A stretch of DNA of 64,000 nt from an uncultured virus (IMG/VR IMGVR_UViG_3300031867_000039) (lineage: Duplodnaviria > Heunggongvirae > Uroviricota > Caudoviricetes > Schitoviridae). The stretch lies in IMG/VR virus record IMGVR_UViG_3300031867_000039, one strand, 5' to 3'. Shown here in pieces: positions 56,518-64,000 of the stretch. Made by a program: the position numbers and the translations under genes. Under the pieces are notes generated by a model. That model had not been told where the DNA came from. It ran no database searches and saw only the letters and a program-made list of their open reading frames with translations. Position 1 is the first letter of the stretch. Each line of letters begins with the position of its first letter.

Positions 56518-56895
56518 TTAATCTACTCTTTTTACAAGGTATGACTGTATCAGAGCTGTGATCTTATCATTACCTAAAGTAAATCTAACATATCCACAAG
56601 GTAATGGTTCACCATACAATTCGGTTTCAGCTAAAGCCAACAAGATACATAAATAATCTTTAACAGTACAACCACGAACAGTAAAGGTAATCTTAGTAAA
56701 ATCACCTGCAGTCAGTTCTTCTAAGTGTTTCTGTTTAAGTTTATATCTATGAATTTCTTTAGGTTCTTCTTCCTTAACTTTTTCTTTTGGTTCAGGACCT
56801 TTACGAAGTTCCTCTAACTCAGCTTTTAAATTGCTAATCTCTTTATTCATTGAATCCAAGATTTTGCTTAATTGAATTTTTGTAGATCTATCCAC
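56518..56895 (-). CDS. Hypothetical protein
   Basis: Coupled to the polymerase C-part; N-terminal coiled coil. Confidence 0.65.
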   Translation of the reverse strand: MDRSTKIQLSKILDSMNKEISNLKAELEELRKGPEPKEKVKEEEPKEIHRYKLKQKHLEELTAGDFTKITFTVRGCTVKDYLCILLALAETELYGEPLPCGYVRFTLGNDKITALIQSYLVKRVD

Positions 56896-57610
56896 GATTT
56901 TTCTTCTCCAACTGTAATAACTTAATTAAATCATCTTTACTAATATCATTAGGTATAGTTACTGGATGTGCCCAGTCAGGATAAAATAAATCAAGTTCAC
57001 CACCTAAATGTACTTTATCATGTGCTATATCACTAGCATCCTGCCACTTCATAGCTTTACCTAAAATCTTATTTAAATAACATATAGCATCAAGATTATC
57101 TCGCACTATATAATATGAAGCATCATGTATTTGTGCTACTGGTAATATGTCATACTTATAAGGGCTATTCCATACTTGCTCCATTACTTCACATACTGCT
57201 CTACAATTAAGTAATCCCCATGATTGTCCTAATGCATTACCTGCTGTTTTAGCATCTTTAGCTGCTCTAGCAGATGTCTTATTAGTATTAAGGATACTCT
57301 CTTTAAGAACAGGTGTACGTAATCTTAAACCAAAAGCACAAGTAACATATCCATCTTTACATGCTCCATCAAGACGAGTATTAACATACTCATCCGCTAC
57401 CTTATATAATTCATGATATGTATTATATATTCGTTTAGCTTCTTCCTCCGTAGCTATACCACACTCTTCCATAAGAGCTTTAAATGTACCACCGTAAGTA
57501 AGTGCAAATGTAGCACTCTTACTGTCCTGTCTTAGATTTTTATGTTTTTGTTTTATAGAATTTATTATACCTATATGGTATTCTTGTTGTGATATTTCTC
57601 TAATCTTCAT
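56888..57610 (-). CDS. Family A DNA polymerase, C-terminal part
   Basis: Motif B RQDSKSATFALTYG, GNALGQS, motif C QIHDA. Confidence 0.92.
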   Translation of the reverse strand: MKIREISQQEYHIGIINSIKQKHKNLRQDSKSATFALTYGGTFKALMEECGIATEEEAKRIYNTYHELYKVADEYVNTRLDGACKDGYVTCAFGLRLRTPVLKESILNTNKTSARAAKDAKTAGNALGQSWGLLNCRAVCEVMEQVWNSPYKYDILPVAQIHDASYYIVRDNLDAICYLNKILGKAMKWQDASDIAHDKVHLGGELDLFYPDWAHPVTIPNDISKDDLIKLLQLEKKNRG

Positions 57611-57717
57611 AATAGTATCAATAAAATTAATATTGCTAACCAGTATTTCGGTATTGTTATAGTATGTTTATTATCACAACTTTTAATGACATTGTTAAGT
57701 TCATTCTTAAATGTCAT
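57607..57717 (-). CDS. Small 36-aa protein with hydrophobic C-terminus (not in ORF track)
   Basis: MTFKNELNNVIKSCDNKHTITIPKYWLAILILLILL; ATGA overlaps at both ends. Confidence 0.6.
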   Translation of the reverse strand: MTFKNELNNVIKSCDNKHTITIPKYWLAILILLILL

Positions 57718-57908
57718 TTAACCCAAACCTTATCATATCTATCAGGTAACACATCACAATTTGTTGTAGTACCATCCATATATACTACACGTACACATTG
57801 TTTTGTCTCCCATGAATATTCAACTTCAGGTGTATTAAGAGCTGTGATAAAACAAAAAGCCAAAAAACCACAAACTGCAATAAATGCAAATAAATCAAAT
57901 TTAGACAT
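57714..57908 (-). CDS. Small membrane/secreted hypothetical protein
   Basis: N-terminal hydrophobic segment; P.V.YSW....CV.V....C..LP..Y...WV. Confidence 0.7.
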   Translation of the reverse strand: MSKFDLFAFIAVCGFLAFCFITALNTPEVEYSWETKQCVRVVYMDGTTTNCDVLPDRYDKVWVK

Positions 57909-58086
57909 GATAATATAAATCCCTGTAAAAATCTTCTAATTCTTCCATATTATAGATATCTCTATGCATTTGACCTGAAGTAATAAAGACTACAGATTTA
58001 AATCTAAATTCACTATAGTCTTTAATATCAGCTTTTATTTTTAACTTAATCTGACGCATTTGCAATTTCCTCATTAACGTCTGCAA
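57901..58086 (-). CDS. Hypothetical protein
   Basis: Coupled ORF; exact start uncertain. Confidence 0.55.
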   Translation of the reverse strand: MQTLMRKLQMRQIKLKIKADIKDYSEFRFKSVVFITSGQMHRDIYNMEELEDFYRDLYYHV

Positions 58087-58558
58087 AACATTTATCTAAA
58101 GTATCTTTAAGTACTGGAAATCTCTTATATAAACCATCAGTTGAAGTACAACTACGTAAAGCCACTTCTAAGCATTCTTGAAACTTATCATAAAGCTCTT
58201 TCCTTTTAGCATATAACGATTCAGTCTTAGCTGCATAACTAAAATACTCTTCAGCCTCTTTAGGTGCTAAATCTTTAAAACCAAATCTAACACCAAAATC
58301 ACTATATACATGATAGTAACTACCATTTATACTAATAGAATATCCATCTGGTTTAAGCTGCAATACTTCAGTTAAGAATTGTTCATGTCCTTTATATTTA
58401 TTCTTAATTAATATATTTAAAGTATTACAAAATTCTTCTTCTGTTACACCAAAGTAATCATGAGGTGCTTTAATAATAGCATCCTTTAATAACTTATCTC
58501 TCATATACTCTTTAAGTGTATATCTGATATTACTAATTAATTCTTTAGTCAAACGCAT
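58046..58558 (-). CDS. Hypothetical protein (possibly Nmad5-like)
   Basis: MRLTKEL start and C-terminal T...L..RFP pattern; family call weak. Confidence 0.55.
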   Translation of the reverse strand: MRLTKELISNIRYTLKEYMRDKLLKDAIIKAPHDYFGVTEEEFCNTLNILIKNKYKGHEQFLTEVLQLKPDGYSISINGSYYHVYSDFGVRFGFKDLAPKEAEEYFSYAAKTESLYAKRKELYDKFQECLEVALRSCTSTDGLYKRFPVLKDTLDKCFADVNEEIANASD

Positions 58559-60558
58559 AATTTTTTATACTCCTCATCATATTCAGATAAGTACTTAACA
58601 TTACCCTCATCATCAATAACTTCATAGAACTTACCACCTTTATTAAGATACTCTAACTTCTCTGTAATATCTGGCATAAGATGTTTATAATAACTGTACG
58701 CTCTTAGACAATGACCATCAAAAGCGTCAAATTCATAATTCTTAGAAACGCTGAAAGCGTCAGAAGAAACATCTTTAAAGGTCTGATAAAGACTATCACC
58801 TGTATAAGTAACACCATTATATTCAATAGTATCATCACTACCTATATACTTGGTTTCACCATTAATAACTACCTTATAGTTAATACCTGGTATATAAACC
58901 TTTAACTTTTCTGGATCTTTAGTAAGTAATGCAGATATATGATCTTCTAATGAAGAAAAATCTGAACCACAAAATACAAATCCATCAGGTGCTTTAAAAC
59001 ACTTCTTAAATGGTTTAGCCCATACAGTACCAGTAGCAGGTAAATTCTGTAAGTTAGGACTACTACTACTTAATCTACCTGATACAGTACCACCTATATT
59101 AAAATTACCATATAATCTATTATTAACAGATGATTCCATAGCAGGTATGAAGTTATTCATAATCTGCATAGCACAAGATAGTTCTATTAATTTATCCATT
59201 AATACTTTCTGATCTTCATTACAATAACTTCTTAAATCCATAATTACATCTTTCTCTGTAGATGGTTGTTTGGATTCAGTATATTTAATAATAGGTAGTT
59301 TCATTACTGTATAGAGTAATACACGTAATTGAACAGAACTTCTTAGATTAATCTTAAAATCAATAGATGTCTTCTTCTTGGTTTTTAATTTAGCATTAAC
59401 TTTATCTAATGCCTCTTTATATAGGATTCTTTCTGCATCTTTTACTTCATCAAATAACAATAAAGTATTATGAGCATCATCAATAGCTATTTGTAGTTTC
59501 TCTTTTAATTTAGCTACTTCATTCATATCCATATATAAACCATTAAGTTCTGTATGGGTTAATACCTTTTGAGTAGGTAATAACAACTCACGATATAGTT
59601 TCTCCTGCTTATCTTGAACCATAATAGGATAATATTTATTATATACATACCATGTAGCACATACATCTTTTAGGTTATATTCTAATTCAGTCTTAGTATC
59701 TACTTTGGATATATCACCTATATCTTCTAATGCATATTTACCTGTATATTCAAATGCTAAATCCTTTAATTTATATGATGGTTTACCTGTAGAATTAAGT
59801 GCTAGATATGCAATTATCTTAGTATCATCTATGTTCTTATACATAGTGTGTAAACCATACTGTAAACCTACTTGGTCATTTATATCTTTCATAAATAACT
59901 CATATATAAGTACTTTCACATCAAATGAGGCATTATGGAATATTAATGTACCTTTATAGGTTTCAAAGAATTGTTTTAATTTCTTCTTATCTTTTACTGT
60001 AAATGCAATACCACCATGCATATCAGTACCAAATGCAATAGAAACCAAACCACAATTATGGAATTTTAATCCATTAGTTTCTATATCTACTGTCAATTTA
60101 TCATAAGATAATAAATCAAATAGATGTTCATCTGTATAATCTGCATGGGTAATAATATTATTAACTTTAGTATTAGCATTATTTAAACAAGCTATACTTG
60201 TTTTTAACTTATTCATTAGTGATGGGTCATACTTAAATGCTAGATAATTTAATCCAAGAATAACAGTAAATCTACTATCTAATTTACAAGGGTATCTCTT
60301 ACCAAAGCAATATTCAGTAGATTTCTCACCTGTTAATACCTTAAAATATCCTGCATCACATACAAATAATTCATCAATACCTTGATTAGCTAATTGAGGT
60401 AATAGATTCTCTATATATGTTTTAGCTTCCTTTACGTTAAAGTTCTTACTTGAATAATAGAGTCCCTGACACATACAGTTAGGAACACCATTATTAAAAT
60501 AATAATACTGTATATTCTCCATATACAATAAACTATTTTTAATTAACAAGCATAACAT
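58549..60558 (-). CDS. Family A DNA polymerase, N-terminal part (3'-5' exonuclease through motif A)
   Basis: DIET, FHNASFD, YNLKD exo motifs; GTVSGRLSSSSPNLQN; GSDFSSLED; DGHCLRAYSY. Confidence 0.93.
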   Translation of the reverse strand: MLCLLIKNSLLYMENIQYYYFNNGVPNCMCQGLYYSSKNFNVKEAKTYIENLLPQLANQGIDELFVCDAGYFKVLTGEKSTEYCFGKRYPCKLDSRFTVILGLNYLAFKYDPSLMNKLKTSIACLNNANTKVNNIITHADYTDEHLFDLLSYDKLTVDIETNGLKFHNCGLVSIAFGTDMHGGIAFTVKDKKKLKQFFETYKGTLIFHNASFDVKVLIYELFMKDINDQVGLQYGLHTMYKNIDDTKIIAYLALNSTGKPSYKLKDLAFEYTGKYALEDIGDISKVDTKTELEYNLKDVCATWYVYNKYYPIMVQDKQEKLYRELLLPTQKVLTHTELNGLYMDMNEVAKLKEKLQIAIDDAHNTLLLFDEVKDAERILYKEALDKVNAKLKTKKKTSIDFKINLRSSVQLRVLLYTVMKLPIIKYTESKQPSTEKDVIMDLRSYCNEDQKVLMDKLIELSCAMQIMNNFIPAMESSVNNRLYGNFNIGGTVSGRLSSSSPNLQNLPATGTVWAKPFKKCFKAPDGFVFCGSDFSSLEDHISALLTKDPEKLKVYIPGINYKVVINGETKYIGSDDTIEYNGVTYTGDSLYQTFKDVSSDAFSVSKNYEFDAFDGHCLRAYSYYKHLMPDITEKLEYLNKGGKFYEVIDDEGNVKYLSEYDEEYKKLCV

Positions 60559-61793
60559 TAGCGTAATCTCCCATAATATAAATATATCTTCTCTTTAGCT
60601 CTGGATGCAGCTACATAGAACAATCTACTTCTAAGTGCCGGATCTACTATTGGTTTACCATATTTAGTTGTAGCGTATAAATCCTCTATATTGATAAATA
60701 CCTTATCATATGTAGAACCTTGAGCAGAATATATAGTAGCTGACTGACAGAACCTTAATTTAAGAACATTCTCACAAAAACATGCATATTCATAAAAATC
60801 ATGTTTCTTAGCACATTTCTTATATAACTCTTTAACTACTGATTCATATTGATCTGGATTATAGAAAGTCTTATATCTACCACTAGCATCTGTAAATGTT
60901 ACATAACACATACCACTTTCAGGTGCATTCTGAATAGTAGATATAGTCTTAATTTCCTCTACATATGTTTTTCTACTCATAGGTGTAGATGGTAATGCAC
61001 TTTTACAAACAACTAAATCACCCTCTTGTATATAGTTAGGTTGGTTCTTTAAGCTACGTAATGCACCATTCATTAAATCCACACATTTATTAGTATGACC
61101 CAAGATACGATCATTCTCTCCCATAGATAAGAATACATCAGCAATATCTTCATTACGTACTATCTGTATATTCTCAGATGGTTGAATACTCATAATGAAA
61201 TTATCAATGGTAGGACAATCAATATGATCTCTACAATCCATAATTAACTGCTTAACATCTTCATGATTAAATCTAATTAATTCAGTTAATTCTACCTGTG
61301 GGATATCTGTATTAAAGATATTAAAAGTACTATTTACAGGCGGTAGTTGGTTCTTATCACCTACATAAATAATCTTATTCTTCTTCTCTAAAATATCTGA
61401 CTGTATAAATTCATATAGATCATCACCTATCATAGAACATTCATCAATAAAGAATATATTACCTGAGATATTAGGAATACCTTGTCTACGTAATACATCA
61501 TTACCTGTAGATGTATCTTTCTGTGGTTTAATCATAAGAATACTATGAATAGTCCTACCATTAATCAATCTACTAGCTTTATTAGTAGTAGCTGTATTAA
61601 CTATCTTCTTATATGGGATTTCAAATCCCATTTTATTAAGTGCATCTATTTCTTTTAGTATTCCTGTTAAATCCTGAAGTAAATAAGACTTACCAGTTCC
61701 AGGTGAACCAGTAAGTATTATCTCTTTCTGATGTGGATCTAGTATGAAATTAGCTAGTAGTTCTCTAGCATTTTTTTGTTGCTCTGTCAGCAT
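60558..61793 (-). CDS. SF1 (Dda/RecD-like) DNA helicase
   Basis: GSPGTGKS, TIHS, IDECSM, GDKNQLPPV, AQGSTY, YVAASRA. Confidence 0.92.
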   Translation of the reverse strand: MLTEQQKNARELLANFILDPHQKEIILTGSPGTGKSYLLQDLTGILKEIDALNKMGFEIPYKKIVNTATTNKASRLINGRTIHSILMIKPQKDTSTGNDVLRRQGIPNISGNIFFIDECSMIGDDLYEFIQSDILEKKNKIIYVGDKNQLPPVNSTFNIFNTDIPQVELTELIRFNHEDVKQLIMDCRDHIDCPTIDNFIMSIQPSENIQIVRNEDIADVFLSMGENDRILGHTNKCVDLMNGALRSLKNQPNYIQEGDLVVCKSALPSTPMSRKTYVEEIKTISTIQNAPESGMCYVTFTDASGRYKTFYNPDQYESVVKELYKKCAKKHDFYEYACFCENVLKLRFCQSATIYSAQGSTYDKVFINIEDLYATTKYGKPIVDPALRSRLFYVAASRAKEKIYLYYGRLR

Positions 61794-63009
61794 AGATTAC
61801 TTTTCCTACATAATCAAAGTTTGGATTATCAATAATAACCCAGATTATATCATCTCTAGGTGGTTTTGCATCTTCCCAAAACATACCATCAGTGAAGGTA
61901 AATACAAGGTCAGTATCCTCACAATCCTTAAATACAGGTTTGATGTCAGTACCACCTCTACCCTCTATAGGAAGTTCCGAAGGGAACTCATCTTCTCTGT
62001 AGATCTCAATAGGTGTATGTAATCTAGTATCAAAAGGAATAACTTTAATTAGCTCTGGATTAAGGATATCCCTAATACCACTTATTTCAGCTAAATACTC
62101 TGTTATTTCCTCAGAAGATACTGAACCAGATACATCAATATAGATTTTTACAGATTGATTACATGCATTCTTAGATAATCTACCTGGAAGATATACACTT
62201 GGATAATGCTTATTACGATGAGTAAAAGAATAACCCTCTCTTACTAATTGACATAGATAATCCTGTAAGTGAGATTTCCAATCTATCTTTGGTTCAAGAA
62301 TGTTTTTAATTAATTCCTTAATTTCAGCACAACTTAAACCAGCAGCAGATTTCTCTCCAACCATTCTAGCAGTTTCAACAGCTCTAATAATGGTTTGTTG
62401 GATTTGTTCTTTACCATCATTACCACCTGGAGTCTGTCTAACATCTTTACCAAAGATATCTTTCAAACCATTTGAACCATCAGAATTACCTTGTTGGTTC
62501 TGATCTTGGTTTCCATTACCACCATTACTATTTGAATCACCTTGGCATTGTTTACAGTTACCTTGTTGTGGTTGGTTCTTACCTTGTTTCTTACATTTCT
62601 TCATCAGAATGTCATAGACTTGTTCTGTAGTCATACCTGCATATTTCTGGTCAATTAAACCATCAGCAGGCATCTTACCTAAATCAGAACTCTTCTTTAA
62701 TTCTGCATTAATAACGTAATCACCTGCAATATTCCATAAGTCTGGATCTCTATCACCCAGTCTTACAGTATGCATGAGAGCTACATGCATAGTCTCATGT
62801 GCAAGTAAGAATACCCTTTCATCTTTAGATAACTTACTAAAGAACTCTTTATTAATTAATATATGTTTACCATCAGTACAAGCTGTATCAATTTCATCAC
62901 TATACTGAGTTTCCATAGAATAAAAAATGGTGCTTAGAAAAGCACCACCCTTTAATGTAAAATTAATCTTAGCTTGTACTAATATCTTATCAGATGTTTT
63001 CTGCGACAT
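61765..63009 (-). CDS. Metallopeptidase-like + vWA domain protein (DUF2201 type; N4 gp25-like)
   Basis: TACTDG, HETMH, WNIAGDYVIN, DVSGS MIDAS, GGTD, FTDG. Confidence 0.88.
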   Translation of the reverse strand: MSQKTSDKILVQAKINFTLKGGAFLSTIFYSMETQYSDEIDTACTDGKHILINKEFFSKLSKDERVFLLAHETMHVALMHTVRLGDRDPDLWNIAGDYVINAELKKSSDLGKMPADGLIDQKYAGMTTEQVYDILMKKCKKQGKNQPQQGNCKQCQGDSNSNGGNGNQDQNQQGNSDGSNGLKDIFGKDVRQTPGGNDGKEQIQQTIIRAVETARMVGEKSAAGLSCAEIKELIKNILEPKIDWKSHLQDYLCQLVREGYSFTHRNKHYPSVYLPGRLSKNACNQSVKIYIDVSGSVSSEEITEYLAEISGIRDILNPELIKVIPFDTRLHTPIEIYREDEFPSELPIEGRGGTDIKPVFKDCEDTDLVFTFTDGMFWEDAKPPRDDIIWVIIDNPNFDYVGKVIYADRATKKC

Positions 63010-64000
63010 ATTTACCTGCCTCTATACAAACACCACTGCATAATCTTAACTCATTAGCTTTAGGACCTGTTAAAGCCATTCTAAACAATACAGTTAATAA
63101 CTCAGGTGGTAAACCTTTGCTATATGTAATGATAGGCTGCCAATTATTCTTATCCATTCTATGAGCCAACAATGCAGTCATGTAATAACATTCACCTGTT
63201 GTTTGAGGTACTCTAGTACCTGTAGGATCTTTAATGATTTCTTCAAACTTAGGTAACTTAGCACCTAATTGCTGGAAAGCATTAAATTCAATAGCTGGAC
63301 CTTGACCAACAGTACCTGCCATAACCTTAAATAAACCATCAAGATTAGGTGTATCTTTGATAATGTCACTAAGCATATGCCATGTTCTAGGACATGGATA
63401 AGTAACATCAGTACTATTAGTATCAAACTTCCAGAGTAAATCCTTTCTCTGCTGTAAGAAACCTATAATTCTATAATCAATTTCATTCTTATAAGCCCAG
63501 TTCATCCATTGATCTATATCTGGTTCAATAAATAAATGAATTAATCGTGACTGTAATGCACTAGATAGTTTATTAACAATAGCTTTATCTGTAGATAAAT
63601 TACCTGCAGCTACCATATAACAATTATCATTTAATACATTATTACCTACTTCTCTATCCAAAAGAATACGATATGCAGCAGCTTGTACATCTCTACCAGC
63701 ACTATTTAATTCATCAAAGAATAATAACCAACCATTATATCCCTCTGGTACTGGTTCACCCTGTAAAGGAAAGTATTTAAGTGGTTTATAATCACACTTA
63801 GATCCATCTAAGAAAGGAAATCCAAGTAATTCAGTTGGTTCTACCTGAGATAATCTAATATCAATTACCTTTAATTTATAGAAATTAGCTACTGCTTTCA
63901 CAATATCAGATTTACCTATACCAGGTGAACCCTGTAAGAAAGGAACTCTCTTACCTTTCATAATAGCTATAATATTCTTAACTGCTTCATCTGTATTACT
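62990..64000 (-). CDS. MoxR-like AAA ATPase (N4 gp24-like), 5'-truncated by the window edge
   Basis: GSPGIGKS, FFDELNSA, AAGN, PRTW; frame stays open to base 64000. Confidence 0.88.
   Translation of the reverse strand, partial: SNTDEAVKNIIAIMKGKRVPFLQGSPGIGKSDIVKAVANFYKLKVIDIRLSQVEPTELLGFPFLDGSKCDYKPLKYFPLQGEPVPEGYNGWLLFFDELNSAGRDVQAAAYRILLDREVGNNVLNDNCYMVAAGNLSTDKAIVNKLSSALQSRLIHLFIEPDIDQWMNWAYKNEIDYRIIGFLQQRKDLLWKFDTNSTDVTYPCPRTWHMLSDIIKDTPNLDGLFKVMAGTVGQGPAIEFNAFQQLGAKLPKFEEIIKDPTGTRVPQTTGECYYMTALLAHRMDKNNWQPIITYSKGLPPELLTVLFRMALTGPKANELRLCSGVCIEAGKYVAENI

Noticed and set aside
57560..57610. Split intein at the polymerase break (MKIREIS...IN|S resembles an IntC start and Asn-Ser junction)
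   Set aside because: The segment is only 17 aa with no penultimate His or block F, INSI appears to be native polymerase sequence, and the N-part tail has no Cys/Ser-initiated IntN
57664..57918. Plus-strand 84-aa ORF in the polymerase gap
   Set aside because: Antisense to coupled minus-strand ORFs
57611..58548. Group I intron or homing endonuclease in the polymerase gap
   Set aside because: The gap is filled by coupled ORFs with no HNH, GIY-YIG or LAGLIDADG motif and has no room for a ribozyme core that I can recognise
1..64000. Stop-codon reassignment, tRNA genes, integrase
   Set aside because: Core genes are intact in the standard code and TAA, TAG and TGA all end genes; no cloverleaf or recombinase motifs were recognised by eye (tRNAscan-SE would be decisive)

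Overview
This window is about 64 kb of an AT-rich, N4-like (Schitoviridae) podophage genome in the standard genetic code. On the + strand are the terminase genes, a fragmented tail-fibre cluster (249-9505), the endolysin, portal, major capsid and ejection genes, and a very large 4873-aa virion RNA polymerase (36427-51048). On the - strand are the N4-type replication module (51045-64000: SSB, AAA ATPase, primase, exonuclease, split family-A DNA polymerase, SF1 helicase, vWA/peptidase, MoxR-like ATPase) and a ~10.3 kb accessory island (9739-20071) that interrupts the late region. An embedded i-/o-spanin pair points to a Gram-negative host. The most striking unexplained feature is a tandem array of 14 highly divergent ~100-aa paralogues, plus one outlier, sharing N-terminal (N/S)(I/M/L)PxE/D and C-terminal Y(L/F)xLxG(F/L/Y) motifs. 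The array contains an XRE-HTH gene and a structured antisense-oriented spacer. Other oddities are a DNA polymerase split by four translationally coupled genes, an extra ~1000 aa in the vRNAP, chained docking-like motifs among the tail-fibre fragments, a perfect CRP-type box and a degenerate glycosyltransferase paralogue. I recognised no tRNA, CRISPR array, integrase or reverse transcriptase. All calls come from motif and synteny reading, with no database searches.
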